Source of the DNA: Eledone cirrhosa
Lineage: Eukaryota
DNA length: 64,000 nucleotides
Direction: 5' to 3'
Assembly: GCA_964016885.1 (NCBI GenBank)
Contig: OZ024744.1
Span: 62,682,001-62,746,000, forward strand
Shown here: positions 48,085-62,402 of the stretch, piece after piece
Position numbering within the stretch: position 1 is the stretch's first letter
How the letters are laid out: every line of letters starts with the position of its first letter
Notes under the pieces: model-generated
Told to the model about the DNA's origin: nothing
Seen by the model: the letters and a program-made list of their open reading frames with translations, nothing else
Database searches by the model: none
Program-made: the position numbers and the translations under genes

Positions 48085-51050
48085 ACAAATATAATGCACG
48101 AACATATACGATCAAAGCGAGAGAAAAAGGGGAAAAACAAACAAAAACGACCATCAATTCACCACCAAGTGCGACAATCGGCCGCACATCACAAGAATGA
48201 ACGGAAAATTTTGAGGCAACCCAACACGCTCGCAGCATTACCACGGGTGTACGAGTGTTGGTGAGGCTAAGGCGCTGAAACAACCAGGCACCCTCGGTAT
48301 AGCTAGCCGACAACGATAACAGAAACATCGCTGTAACGCCACGGGCTGGAAAAAATAGTTTTATGATAGTTCCCGGTATTTTAGGATTTTATTCGGCAAC
48401 GGAAGCAGTGGCTCCCACATTTAATGCAGCACGTGATGTGGGAGGGAGCAAAATAGTCACTGACTGTGGCGTCCTAGATGAGACATCCGGCTCTTATCCA
48501 GGGACACGGGATAAGACCATCTAGTTTCTTCCCATCAATTCTGGATAATCCTGCCGACTCCAGAACTGAGGGGATATTTACCCCCAGCTAAGACCCTTTT
48601 AATGATCAAGATTAACTCAGTGTGGCATACGAAGTGACCGACATTCAGGTGGCAGGACAAACCATGTAGGCCTGTGGCATCAATCGACCTTCTTCAGTGA
48701 CATCTCAGACCCCAACAGACATCGGTTCTCACTCAGAATGCAATGGATATGCGGAATTGGTCCAGACTGAGAAGACCATCAATATTGGCCACAGGCAGGA
48801 CATCAATCCAGTCCCTGAGAACTTTGCCTTTGTCGAAAGTAAGCAACAGTTAGAAAATTGATCAGAATGATCAAAGAGAGTTAAATGCAGATTATCCCAT
48901 ACTCTCTGCTTCCGTCTATCCTCGTCAGTATCGGAACTTACAAACCTAGCTCTCTCCACTGTAGTAAAGCTTCATCCATCTCCCGTTTGGAAAGGAGGTG
49001 TCACCCACTAAAGGGGAGCAAGCTTGGATGGAGAAAAGAAAGCAAGGTAGAGGCAAAAACAAGCATTTACGCTGATTGATACTTCCAAATAGTTTGGGTA
49101 AGGCAGCCTGGTCGCGGGACTCAGAAGAGAGTCTGACATTGACCAAACCTTCGAGTTCACTGAATAATATGATATCAAAGCGTTGGAGAGACGATGAGAA
49201 TCTGGAAGAGAGACTAACTCTGAGGAAATACAACAACTTAGGAATTGACAAGTAATTCCTAAGTAAAAAAAAACTTGATGAGGCTCAATAGCGTCAAGGT
49301 TTTTTAAAAGTTGCTCGAGGTTAACCAACTTAAATCGAAAGATGGACTCGAAGTCTTGGTCAGTAATTGGGGCTCCGATGGAACACTATGCTGATGAGGA
49401 AACAACAACGATAGAAGGGAATAACTCTGTAAACAGGTCAACAGTTTGCTGTTGGAGTGCCAGAGCTAACATTTGGAACTGTTGATGTGAAGGCCCCTAC
49501 GACCTAGTTCCTCAATCAGCGTTTCGCGTTTGCAAGAACTTTATCTGGGGGACACCTCAAACAAACATCATCTACATACCTGACATTCAAATCCAAGTCA
49601 GCTTCCATCTTGATGACGTCATCAATAACCAGTGCGAAAAGAGCAGGTCACCCTGTTGGACTCATGTGACCGAAAGAGAGGTAGGAGGGCTCCCGATATG
49701 CTTGCCAAGGAAAATAGTAATGCTATGGGGCCCTCTCTTTTACTGAACGAAGGATGACATCCCGACTGATGGAACTGAAAACATTACGGGGATCTAACTT
49801 GAGGATAACCTTGGTGGTCTAAGAAGGTAAGTTGGTAAATGCTCTGGTGGCGTAAGCGGCAGCTTCACAGCCAAGCTTGGTACCCACCTCTAGCAAGCAG
49901 TTTATCCCCAAAGAACAGGTGGCGAATACAAGGGAGGACACTCTTGGATGAGGACAAGTTAACAAACTGGGTGAGGTTCTCCAAAAGCTCAAGGCTGGCA
50001 TCTCCAGACTACAAGGAGATACCATCCTTGAGGTACTGAGGTTATAGACCACCAATCCATGTGCTAGAACCTGCAGGAAAGGATATAATCACCTTCTTGG
50101 CGTTATCTGGGGTGAAGACAGTTTGTAAATAACCCGGTGGATCGGGTTAGTGTAAGTGGTTATCCGGAGAGGCCGCAGGATGTTTCTCCCTCAGACAATT
50201 GAGTGAATCAGAAGCGCACAGGGCGAGGAAGGGCAGAGAGGAGAGAGGGTGAACAGCTCCTTTAATGCTAAATTCATTGAATTTGGCGTTGACAGCCTTC
50301 TTTAAGTTCGGTAATCATTCATTAATCGGAACTGAGTCGGTCACCGACCTGAGATGAGGAAGATGTGAGGGATCCGGTTTCGCGTTAGTCACGTGGAGAG
50401 AAGCTAAAGAGAACAAAAACAGCTTCTGCCAATCCGAGGTGTTATTGGATAAGCAGACTTTCTTCGATAGCTTGGAGGGAGCACGGTCGAAACATGTTCA
50501 AGCTCCCTTTGGAACCGGTTGATAAGCTTCCATTTAGACAAGCCTCGGAGGGCAGCAGCAAAATCCTCAACAGGGACGTCAGAGCAAGGTTCTAACCTGC
50601 GAAGTAAGTCGAAGCTGAAGTGGCATTGGTTACACGTCCAGTTTGAAAAACTTTAGGCCTGAACCTTAGTAATACCAAAGCAGCTCCTGTGATAGCTTAG
50701 GCTACATAAGTGACATTCGATGGTCTTCAAATAGCAATTTGTACGGGAGCAAAGAACACTATTAGATGGTGAATTGGCAGCATCAGAGGGGTCAGCATTA
50801 GAATTAGAATTCAAACAGGAAGAAGACGGTGGGGTAGAGGGAGAACTGGGTGAACAGCATTAGATGCAGTAGATTACGTTGGAGGCAAGCTAACTGTTAC
50901 GGGAGTGGTGGATGAATAAGAGGATGAATAGGGCTAATTTCGACTGAATCCGACGATACAGGGAGAAGGGGAGGTAAGGGGATGCAAGTTAGCTCCCTTG
51001 AAAATAGGCGGAGGTGTTGGAGAATGGAAGGACGAAGGTTGATAGGATGT
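48085..51050 (-). mobile_element. Heavily decayed CRE-clade RLE LINE
   Basis: Fragments GTKLGCEAAAYATRAF, GVQQGD..LFALVIDD..LNVRYVDD, SIPKLLYFLR, QAALP, GAWLFQRLSL. Confidence 0.8.
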
Positions 51051-51705
51051 TATGAAATCCTTTAACCATGCGGGTCACCTGGTCACTCGGCGCATGACCT
51101 TAAAATAATTTAGATTTAGATCTAAATGGTGACATTTTTTCTAATCGACCACCAATGTTAAATCCACCATCAGATGGGCATGTAAAAGGGATGTGTGGAC
51201 CACACGGGAATAGAAGGTTGGGGACGAGCTAAAACAGAGAAATGAATTCTGTGTTTGTGGGAAAATATGTGTAAGATGTTGAGATGAATGTTGTATGTGT
51301 TGAAGAGGAAGTTGAAACTGTAAAAGAATTTTAAGATGTATCAAAAGCGAAGAAATGTGTGTGAAATGTTGAGATGGATGTTGTGTGTGAGTAAACATTT
51401 AAAAGAGTAAATTCAATAAATGTGTAAAAATAGAACAGTGAGATATCAAAACATTGAAGAGAGGAAGTTGAAACTGAAAACAGAATTTTGAGATGTACCA
51501 AAAACAGTGGAGGAAAAAATGTTTTTCGCCTCTAAATTCTAGATTATTTGAAAATGATAAGCAGTGACTTTCATTAAAGATAAGGAAACGAAAGGAAGGG
51601 TTATTACGTGAACGAACGTCTGCAGAATTGAAGGATGTTTTGTTGTAATTAGCTTTTTATCTCATTTCATTTATTTTGGCGATGTTTAGCCGATTTCTAT
51701 TTATA

Positions 51706-51918
<213 letters not shown>

Positions 51919-52602
51919 AAAATATTTATATATGAGAATCTAGGTTCTTCAACTCACTATATTATATACAGAAAACTCACTTGGGGAATTTAATATTTTT
52001 GCTCCAGATACATTGTAAACTGCGTTGTGTGCGTGGTAGGTTTGCCGTCATACTAAATGTTAAGAGTACTCTAACAAGAAACAAAGATAGCTGATTGAAT
52101 GTAAAGTAGCTTCATAAGTTGACGAAGAGTGCAACATTTAAAAAAGAATATGTTTTAAGTGTTTCTAGGTAGGTAAAAGGCAATTCTTATTAAGTAGCCT
52201 ACTATATAAATGGCAATTTCTCTCTGTCTGTGTGTAACCAGTTGGCGTCCACACCAGTGATCCGATCCTAATGAAACTTTACACATATGTTAAGCTAATA
52301 TTCAGAAACAGGACTATCTAACTGGATTTCAATAAAAATCAATAATCGAACCCCTGGGGACATCTTTACAATGGAGGAGGAAAGAGAAGACGTTTCAGTG
52401 AGAGAGGGGGAAGAGGAGATACTACTACTGTATGTTAAACCCTCCTTCCCACTACTCCCCTTCCTTCTCCCATAACTCAGTTCTCCAAAACTAGGCAACA
52501 ACTTATTAGAAATCTAAACTATAATAAAGTAAGGACTGCAGGACGGCGTACGGTTTATATCTTTTTATCCAGTTAGTAAAATAAGTTGGATTACTTTGAA
52601 TA

Positions 52603-52798
52603 AATAATTGTTTCTACTTTTGGCACAAGGCCAGCAATTATCCAGTGCGTTACTGGTACTTTATTTTATCGACCCCGTAAGGATGAAAGGCAAAGTCAAC
52701 CTCGGCGAGATGTGAACTCAGACCATAAAGGGCCGTAACTCTTGGCTGCAAAGCATGGTGTCCGACCCTCTACCGATACTGCCAATCCACCGCCCTAA
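52603..52798 (-). mobile_element. SINE family 1, full length
   Basis: Consensus match. Confidence 0.88.
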
Positions 52799-53348
52799 AT
52801 AATGAATGAATATTACATAATTTATGTACTAAATTTCGTAAACATTAATAATTTAAAATTGACTTCTTTTCAAAGTTTCATTCACATTTCTACACTTCTG
52901 GTATATCGTCGCCGCCACCACCACCACTTCAACTACCATATATATAGAAAGAGAGAGTTTGTAATGAGAGAGATAGAGAGATTATGATTTTCTACACGCT
53001 GACGCGTATGAGTGTGCGCATACATACATCTATATGTATGAGTATATAACTATTATGAGTATATAACTATAATCGCGCAAACACAAACTTATAAAAATAG
53101 ACGCTCACGGACATACATTCAGATAATACACATACATTCACACATACTTTCACCCAAACATACATACATTCACACATATACATTTATACAAACACACACA
53201 TACAGTCATGATAGCAGCGTTTGGTGAATTGAAAATGGGAGGGTAAAACAAGTATAAGGTTTTATTTATTCATTAACTCTTTATTTATTAACTCTTTTTT
53301 TTAAAACTCATTTAATATAATGGTTACAGAACGAAAACACTAACAAAT

Positions 53349-53530
53349 ATAATTGTTTTCTACTTTTGGCACAAGGCCAGCAATTATCCAGTGTATTACT
53401 GATACTTTATTTTATCGACCCCGTAAGTATGAAAGGCAAAGTTAACCTCGGTGGGATTTGAACTAAGATCGTAAAGGGCCGTAACTCTATGTTGCAAAGC
53501 ATGGCATCCGACCCTCTACCGATACCTCCA
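53349..53530 (-). mobile_element. SINE family 1
   Basis: Consensus match. Confidence 0.85.
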
Positions 53531-53544
53531 ATTCAATATAATAT

Positions 53545-54125
53545 ATACAAAGGAAAGGAAAAGGAAAAACAGAAAGAGAAAAAATACACAAACACGTAGA
53601 ACAAAATGCAGGCGAAAGAGTGGAAAACGAGCCCCTACCAGAGCAAAAGATGACAATATAGCGAGGAGCACTGGGAAACCTCTCTAATAATGTTTGAGAC
53701 AGGCCAGCACGCTGGCAGCGTTACCTGGGGTGATGGCGACGCTGAGGGTGCTGGAACATCCAAGTGCCCTCACACGCATCACCAGTTACCTCTGTTAGGC
53801 GAGCTGCCAGTGAAGATAAGAATCTCGCTGTCAGTAGCCCGACTCCTCCAAACGTCTCGAACGCCACAGGCTGGATAATGTAGTTAGCTGACAGAACACA
53901 ATGTTTTAGGATTTTGTTCCGTTCAGCTGCGGATGTTGTAGCTCTCGCCCTTACCCACGCATCCAGAATGTGGGAAGAAGCAAGAGTCACTGACTGTGAC
54001 GTCCCAGGTAAGGCACCTGCCTCTTGACCAGGAGCACAGAGTAAGACCGTCAAGTCTTTTCCCATCAATTCAGGACAACCCAGATGGTTTCAAAATTGAG
54101 GGGATGTTAGCCCGGGCCAAAGCTC
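53545..54125 (-). mobile_element. CRE-clade LINE 3' fragment (RLE domain)
   Basis: RALARANIPSILKPSGLS, AAERNKILK..LSANYIIQPVAFETFGGVG. Confidence 0.8.
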
Positions 54126-54289
54126 TTAAGTGGTAAGTGTGTGTATGTGCGCATGCGTGGGTTTGTCGGCGTTTTAAAATTAGAGACACGTGTGTGTGTG
54201 TGTCACTTTTTAAGTTAGACATATATATGTGTTTCCCTTTCATTCCTTTTACACACACACACATTTTAAACACACATTGCGTGATGGAC

Positions 54290-54922
54290 GGGTGGACAGA
54301 AGTCCCGCAAATTTATATACATGTGAATGGAGTTCCTACTGAAGCAGTTCAAGTATCTTGGAGCCGTGTTCATGAGTGATGGAAGGCAGGAGGCTGAATT
54401 AAGTGCAAGAATTGCAAAAGCTGATGCAGTAATGCGCCAGCCTCGGCAATCATATGAAGGAGGGGGTGGGGTGTAAAAGCCAAACTCGCTGTCTTCCTGG
54501 TATTCCTGTCAACTCTTACCGAGGATCATGTATCTTGAGTAATGACCAAAAGAATACAATTGCAAATAAAAGTGGCAGAAATGGGATTCCTCCGAAGGGT
54601 CTTTGGAGTAACGTTACTCGATAAAGTGCATAGCTCAGGGACCAGAGAGTCACTCCTAGTAGAGCCGCTATTATGAGCATGTGGTTAGAATGTCTCAGTA
54701 AAGAATCGCTGGACACATTTTACAGGCAAAACCAACAAGCAAGAGACCCAGAGGTAGACCCTGAGCAAGATAGTTGGATAACATCCATGAGCTTGGCTGG
54801 TCACGCTTTGGGATCCAGCTGGATCAGGTACAGATGTATGCTACTGACAGACTCGCTGGAAGGAGTGTTTGAGGACTCTGCCCTCACGACCCTCTCAGAA
54901 ATAAGTGAGTGAAGAAGAAGAT
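54290..54922 (+). mobile_element. Decayed RTE-clade (Expander/Rex3-like) 3' fragment
   Basis: FKYLGAVFMSDGRQEAELSARIAKADAVMRQ; AEMGFLRRV.GVTL.DKV.SS. Confidence 0.7.
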
Positions 54923-55769
54923 ATTGTCAATTTACTTTTCAATTTACATATATCTATATACATATATATATATATATATCACATCCACTGACATGGATTC
55001 TGAACACATGCACATGCTTAGGTCACATTAAGGTCAACTGCAGGAATCAGTTGGAAGTTGGCTTACCATAATATTAGTCCGAAGAATAAAACCCAAATCC
55101 TATGTCGTACTCCCGGCATGTTAATTGTAATATGCCGTCTTTGAGAGTAGAGTTTATTTTGTCGATATTTCGAGGTGTCGGATTGTGGGAAGATTAACAC
55201 GAATGAAGAAGATGTTACTTCTCCTCCATTATTGACACTTTGCAACAGTGAACGTTACAAGGCCCTTTTTATGGCCAACACATCTGATTGTTTATCCGAC
55301 TTATTATGGTGTGTTTTCTCGGGTTATGTCTTCTATAGGGGGAAACGGGATAGTTTTATTGAGTTGCTTCAGTCATTCGAAGGGCTTTACAAATGGTGAT
55401 ATACAGGGTGCTTGAACAGTACCTGAATATGTTCACTCGGTTATAATTTCTTCAATAATTGCGATGACTTCCTCAATTGTTCTGTGTTTGTTCTTGAGCT
55501 CTAAAGCAGTAAGTTTGCTATTCTTATACATAAGTTTGTTGAATAAATTCGAAACTCTTCAAGCTTAAACTTCCTCGGCTTATTCACTCTGAATGAAGAA
55601 AGCTGGATGGAAGAAGGACTTATGACTTAAACAGCTATTGATAGTTCTACACAAAAAATCAATCTACCATACACACCTAGCAAAGGTTGCTATTGAAAAT
55701 CCAGTATGGGCACCCAGGGTCGCTAGCATTTTCAGGTGCACTCTGGAAACTGCGAATAACCCCACCTTT

Positions 55770-55797
55770 CCCGGGTATTACCGGGTACTGCAGCTAG
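55770..55797 (+). mobile_element. Helitron 3' terminus
   Basis: CCCGGGTATTACCGGG hairpin followed by CTAG|T. Confidence 0.5.
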
Positions 55798-55939
55798 TAT
55801 ATATTTAACGAAAGGTATCAGTGGTGGTTGTTAGATAGAAATAACAAGAGTAGTTCATTTACTTTATATATAAAAAGGTTTACTTCACTTCAGTCAAAAA
55901 GAACAATAAACAAGTTACCAAGAGTTGCGAAGGTTGACG

Positions 55940-56425
55940 ATGTTATTTTGTTGTTGGTTCATGAGGCTGGTGTAGTCTGAGACCAGGAGAGGGAGAGAGA
56001 GTAATGGTCTGTGGTTGACTGTAGACCTCAGAGGCCTGTAGATAGCGGTGAATCTTTACATAGCTTGTCTATAGAGTACGTCCCCGATCTCTCTGTGTAA
56101 AACGTGGGGAAATATATGCGTCATTTTTCGGTGTCAACCGTACCCCAATTAGAACAGTGGATGGTGTGTATGGCGTCTTGAAATTCAGTTTCACTGAGCT
56201 CACATTTATCACATCAGAGTTAGACGAGTTGATCTCAAGTCCAAGGAGCAGTAGGGTTGAGAAGACTTGCTGTAGGTCGTCAACGTCAGACTCAACCGAG
56301 CTACGTCATCCAGGAATCAGACATTGAAGGGTGAGCGGATGGAGTGAGCAATTTCGTCGACCATCAACATAAAGAGGAACAAGCCGAATTTGTCACCTTC
56401 CTGGACACCTATGGTCGAAGTGACC
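55940..56425 (-). mobile_element. CRE-clade RT fragment
   Basis: GVQEGDKFGLFLFMLMVDEIAHSIRSPFNV*FLDD..GLEIN. Confidence 0.7.
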
Positions 56426-56447
56426 TTTCAATATTTCCTTTCATTAT

Positions 56448-57297
56448 AGGGTCGGTCGCCATGCTTTGCAACACAGAGATACGGCCCTTTACGGCCTGAG
56501 TTCAAATCTCGCCAAGGTTAATTTTGCTTTTTATCTTTTTTATCCTAATTGCTGGCCTTGTGCCAAAAGTAGAAACAATTATTAGCGCGTCAGACACCAT
56601 GCTTTGCAGCATAGAGTTATGGCCCTTTAGGTTCTGTGTTCAAATCCCAGCGAGATTAACTTTGCCTTTCATCCTTACAGGGCCGATAAAATAAAGCACC
56701 AGTAATGTACTGAGGTCGATTTATCGACTTTCCCCTCCTCCCAAATTTCTGGCCTTGAGCCTATAGTAGAAGTTATTATTTATTATATAAACTTTATCTT
56801 ATTTAATAAAGTTTATTTATTTATTAGTTTTTTTTTTAATATATTATTATTTCTTTAATGTTGGTGTTCACACGGAAGTAACTAAAAGTACAGGAAATGA
56901 AAAAAGATAGAGAAATAAAATAAATAAAGAAATTAAACAACGAAAGAAAGGGAAAGTGCAATATGTTACAGTTGCGCCCCGCGGACAAATTGTTTCTTTT
57001 GTAAATCATATTTTATAAATTATGTTTCTATGTAAATCCTATTTGTTCTATAAATATTGACATTAAATTCTATTTTATATGGAGGAGGTTATTTATATAT
57101 TTGTATAAAAAGAGGTATAATGATTGCTTCTACTTTTGGCTCAAGGCCAGCAATTATTTCAGTGTATTACTGGTACTTTATTTTATCGACCCCGTAAGGA
57201 TGAAAGGCAAAGCTAGCCCCGGTGGGATTTGAACCATAAAGGGCCGTAACTCTATACTGCAAAGTATGGCGTCCTACCCTCTACTGATACTGCCAGA
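56448..57297. mobile_element. SINE family 1 copies (56448-56583 +, 56585-56780 +, 57122-57297 -)
   Basis: Consensus matches. Confidence 0.8.
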
Positions 57298-57304
57298 GGT
57301 ATAA

Positions 57305-58040
57305 TAATAGGTTTACAGAATGAAAGCACAAACAAATATAATATAAAGGAAAGGGAGAGGGAAAAAAGAAAAAAAAAAGAAAGGAAGAGAAAAGAAAAGA
57401 AAACACACACATCTAGGACCACATACAACAAAAGGCAAGCGAAAGGGGTGGACAACCGAGTCACTGCCAGAGTAAAAGATAACAGTAACGCGAGGAGCAC
57501 TGGGAATTCCCTCTAATAATTTTTGAGGCAAGCCAGCGCACTCGCAGCGTTACCTCGGATGACAGCGAGGTTGATACGCCCTACGAGCTTCACCAGTTAC
57601 CTGTTAGGTGAGTCACCAGTGAAGATAGGAACCTCGCAGTCAGTAGCCCGACTCCCCTAAACGTCTCGAACGTCACAGACTGGAAAATGTAGTTGGCCGA
57701 CAGATCACGGTATTTTAGGATGTTGTTCCATTCACTGCGGAAGCTGTAGCACTTTCCTAACCGTAGCATCCAGGGGCACAGGGTAAGACCGCCAGGTCTT
57801 TTGCTGTCACTTCTGGACAACCCAGATGGTTCCAAGATTAAGGGGATGTTTGCCCGAGCCAAAGCTCTCTTGAGAATAAGGTTTAGCTGCGTGTGATGCG
57901 CGAAGCGACCAGCATTCAGGCGGCAAGAAAGACCGAGGATGTCGGTGGAGACGAGGAATTTGTCACATCGACACCTCAAACCCGTACACACGTCAGCTCC
58001 CACTCTGAGGACAATGGAGACACGTTCGTCCAAGCTGAGG
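57305..58040 (-). mobile_element. CRE-clade LINE 3' fragment (zinc knuckle and RLE)
   Basis: CRC..LSC..RFAHHTQLNLILKRALARANIPLILEPSGLSRSDSKRPGGLTLCPW; similar to 53545-54125. Confidence 0.82.
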
Positions 58041-58045
58041 GTAAA

Positions 58046-58375
58046 TGGTGTTGCTGTTGTTGTTGTTGTTGTTGTTGCTGCTGTTACTGCTGTTGTTGTT
58101 ATTGGTGTTGCTGCTACTGCTGTTGCTAGTGCTGTTGTAGTTGTTGTTGTTGCTGTTACTGCTGTTGTTGTTATTGGTGTTGCTGCTACTGCTGTTACTA
58201 GTGCTGTTGTAGTTGTTGTTATTGGTGTTGCTGCTACTGCTGTTGCTAGTGCTGCTGTAGTTGTTACAGAAGTTGTTGTTGTTGCTGCTACTGCTGCTTT
58301 TGTTGTTACAGCTGTTGCTGCTGCTACTGCTGCTTTTGTTGTTACTGCTGTTGTTGTTGCTGTTGTTATTGTTCC
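58046..58375. repeat. GTT/GCT trinucleotide-derived repeat
   Basis: Seen directly; generates spurious T/A-, V/A- and N/S-rich ORFs. Confidence 0.9.
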
Positions 58376-58522
58376 TAACATCATCCATACAAATAACATT
58401 TTTTTTTTTTTCAAATTAAAGACTAGGAAAGATTGAAGTGAATTACTTGAAACTTGTTTTCATTATAGAAGAATAAACGAGCATGAGTACGTAGGTGTGT
58501 ATGAATAATACTTTTATTGTGA

Positions 58523-59279
58523 ACTAGCAGTGGTACCCGGCGTTGCACGGAATAAGATATTTTGGAACGCAGGCCGCCAACAGACCTAATCGTGGAAAAA
58601 TTGCATGCGTGGTAAAGAAAAGAAACCGAATACTCCGATGGCTGGATAATCTTTAAGATTTTCCTCGATGAAGCAGGAAAAATGCAGGTTTTCACCTAAT
58701 GCGGGCCCTAGGCCATAAAAAAGTTGGATTATCTTTGCTCACGGTATGAAGAAGAGACTGACTAATACATAATTACAATTTCAAGAAAATAAGTCTGACG
58801 TAACGAATCAAAAAACCCCTAAAAACCTTTTTTAAAAATGCGGGCTCTAGGGGATCAAAAAGTTGAATTTGTGCATAACACTCCCTGAAACATAAGTAAT
58901 ACACATGTAAAGTTTGAAAAAAAGTCGGTTGGGTACTTCTCGAGTTTTAGGGATTCAAACTCACAGACACACACACAAACATCCTCAGGGAAGTGACGTA
59001 ATGCAGACAGCCAGACATACAGACAGATATAAGGGCGCGAAGTTATATGTATGTATCTATCTAGAAAGAGAAAGACTAAGAATTATAGAGAGAGATCGCT
59101 AAATCGCCTAATGCGGTCCCTAGGGCATTGAAAATTTGGAATTTGTTTTGCTCAGAACACTCCCTGAAACATAAGTATTACATGTGTAAAGTTTGAAAAC
59201 AGTTGGTTGGGTGGTTCTCGACTTTTAGGGATTCAAACTCACACACACAGACAGACATCCTCAGTTTTATATATATAGA
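58523..59279 (-). mobile_element. Non-autonomous Helitron
   Basis: Minus strand starts TCTATATATATAAAACTGAGGATGTCTGTCTG and ends CCGTGCAACGCCGGGTACCACTGCTAG|T. Internal duplication ~58695-58990 vs 59105-59265. Confidence 0.7.
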
Positions 59280-59789
59280 CTAGCAGAAAACCACCCGGTA
59301 GGCGGTTTTCTGCTAGCAAATCTAGTGTATATACTGATATTGTTGAGATTTGGATGAGAAATGTTTTCGGCACCACATGTTCACCGTCTCTCGGTGTGTC
59401 TTTTATGCATGAATAAATATATATGTTATCTATACGGTGAAATCTTTGAAATAAATATATGTTAAAACGAAAAAGGAGAAACAGAGATTAGTGACGGAAA
59501 TATAAACGTTATGATACATAAACGTTATGATATAACGATGGAAATATATCTTCAAATGGTTACTTCTGGTTACTTCTGGCTTGTGCAAGGTGTCTCTATA
59601 GCAACCAGCGATTCCCTCGGCCTCAGTGACCAAAGTCAGTGGAGAGGGGGAAGGTAATGTTTCTATAGCGACAGTGTTTCTCTTGGTAGTACCAAAGTGG
59701 AGAAAGGAAGAGGAAGGTAATATTTCTGTAGCACCTACATTTGAGTTTTAGGGAAGGACAGACAGACAGACAGACAAACAGAGAAATGT

Positions 59790-59800
59790 CCATATATTTC

Positions 59801-59845
<45 letters not shown>

Positions 59846-60066
59846 CACACACAGAAATGTATATATATTTCTGTGTGTATATATATATATTACACACACA
59901 GAAATGTATATATATTTCTGTGTGTATATATATATATATTACACACACAGAAATGTATATATATTTCTCTGTGTGTATATATATATATATTACACACACA
60001 GAAATGTATATATATTTCTGTGTGTATATATATATATTACACACACAGAAATGTATATATATTTCT
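59790..60066. repeat. ~42-48-bp tandem repeat with internal palindrome
   Basis: ACACACAGAAATGTATATATATTTCTGTGTGT(AT)n, about 6 units. Confidence 0.9.
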
Positions 60067-60184
60067 TAGAACAAAATTATTATTAATGTTTTGCTGTTCA
60101 TAACAATTGGAATTGAAAAATTACTTTTGAAATTATTAGTTATTTTACTAATGCTTAGATATGTAAAAATGAAGCAATGTTTCT

Positions 60185-60380
60185 AATAATTGTTTCTACT
60201 TTGGGCACAAGTCCAGCAATTACCCAGTACATTACTGGTACTTTATTTTATCGACCCCGTGAGGATGAAAGGCAAAGTTAACCTCGGCGGTATTTGAACT
60301 CAGACCGTAAAGGGACGTAACTCCATGCTATGAAGCATGGTGTCCGACTCTCTACAGATTCTGCCAATCCACCGCCCTAA
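60185..60380 (-). mobile_element. SINE family 1, full length
   Basis: Consensus match. Confidence 0.88.
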
Positions 60381-60889
60381 TGTCTGTACGTAATGAGGGA
60401 GTGAGAGGGGAGAGAAAGAAAGGCAGAGGTGAAGTGACGAAGTGACTCTCTCCTCCTCCATCTCCCCATTCGTCACAGCGATAGAGGGGAGGAATGTTAG
60501 TGTGTTACAAAGAGAAAGAGTGAGAGTGAGAGAAACAGACAGACTAAAAGAGAGGGATAGCTGGAGAGAGAGAGATATAGCAACCACGCGCGCACGTGTT
60601 TCCACTGTCGGACAGACAGACAGAGAAATTGCTGGTTATATATTATAAGGAGATGTATGTCTGTGTATAATTATTGTGAATGTATATGTGTGTGTGTGTG
60701 TGTGTTTCTGTGCATGTAATTTCTGTATGAATAATTGTTTCTACATTTGGCACAAGGCCAACAATTACTGGTACTTTATTTTCTTGACCCCGTAAGGATG
60801 AAAGGCAAAGTTGACTTCGGCAAGAATTTCTGTATGAATAATGTCTATGTCTGTGTATAAACGTGAGCGTGTTTATATATATATATAAA

Positions 60890-62040
60890 ACAACAAACAA
60901 CATCCTGTCCTACATAAGCAACCTCATCAACCCATCCATGGCAATACAACAACGCAAAATTGTAATTGCAACTGTGTCCAACCAGGAATGTGTCCGTTGA
61001 ACAATCAGTGTCTTGAACGCAACATCGTATACAAATGTACTATCGAATCGGATAGACAGAAGTGGTACTATGTGGGATCTACAGCCATCTCCTTCAAATC
61101 ACGCCTTTATAGACATCGTTATTCGATAAAACATGAAAACCAGCGTTATGTAACAACACTCGCAGACAAGGCTTGGCAGCTGCGTGAAAATAACCAACAA
61201 TTTCACCTAAAATGGGATATAATAGCGGCTGCCCCCCCATATTCCAATGGACAGGAATTTTGTAAATTATGTAATGTAGAATTATTTTGTATTATGAAAT
61301 CCAAAAACATTTTATTAAATAACAGAATAGAGCGATCGTTATACTGTAACCATCGCTTAAAATCTACATTTTCATATTATAAATACTACCAGGATTGAAC
61401 GCCTGTCTCTATCCCCGTTTTATTGTCAAAATAGATATGAACATTCTTTATTAGTCTTAATTCTATCAACTCTTCTATTATTTACCTTTTAATACAAACT
61501 GCTATAGATAAAATGAGATTTCTGATTTCTTGATTCAATTCCCTAGTGCATATACCAGCTGGATACTAGCATTGATGTTATTTAGTAGCAATCGAAATCT
61601 CCCCCTTCCCCAATTGACACTTTATAGTTAATACTACTGCACCAAATGACCAGCCCTGTCCACTGTCCAGTTGGTCAAGTAGAGATTAAAATTGGCACTC
61701 CCAAAATTCTTATTTAGATTTACTCATGGTATTCTCATTAAAAACCCATTATATACTTGTTTAGCAGTAAATTATTTTACCATCTGTCATATTCTATCCC
61801 CTCTGTTCCTTCCTCTTTTACTAATATAAATACTTCAATTTTTCTGATTTTATCCAGTTTATCCAAAATCTCTGAAGAAGTGACAACTGATTTTTGTGAC
61901 ATTTGCTATCGAATACTTGCTAACATTATATGATTACGCAAGCAGCGATACATAGGTATTCGGTCTGTTACAGAAACATATGTCAATACCTAATAAATTC
62001 CTTTTTCACAAAAGCACTTTCATTTTATATTCATCCTTTC
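60890..62040 (+). mobile_element. PLE 3' fragment: GIY-YIG ORF 60988-61398, 3' UTR and decayed hammerhead (61868-61988)
   Basis: CNC..CPLNNQCLERNIVYKC..WYYVGST..FKSRLYRH..CKLC..LLNNR..CNH. UTR has CUGAAGA...GAAA-CAUAUG-UC. Confidence 0.85.
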
Positions 62041-62402
62041 TATATATATATATATATATATATAAAGAAAAAGAGATGAAATCGAAAATGCAACTGGAGT
62101 CTTATTTAAAAAAATATATATATATATTTATTTGGTTCCTTTTCCGGTTTCGCAGTTCTTCTGCTTTTCGAAAGGTGAGTTGAGATGGAGGGTCTGTGGT
62201 TTTTCTCACATCTGGTTGGTCTCTGAATGTTACTTGTTTTATATGGAAAAAGTGGCTCGAAATGCCAGGTTTTTCGAGAAGTAATTTGATTGGTTTGTCA
62301 ATAATTATAATAAATTTCGCGCCAGTTCGCGTTACAATAGTTCTTCAAATAAGAGGGGGGGGGGGGTTGTCACAGGTTGTTTTTTTCATATCATATATGA
62401 GT

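Noticed and set aside
52308-52435. Possible + strand exon (TGLSNWISIK...EEEILL)
   Set aside because: Weak splice signals and no recognisable homology.
57590-58436. Mucin-like Thr/Ala-rich 274-aa ORF
   Set aside because: A trinucleotide repeat fused by chance to a CRE retrotransposon fragment.
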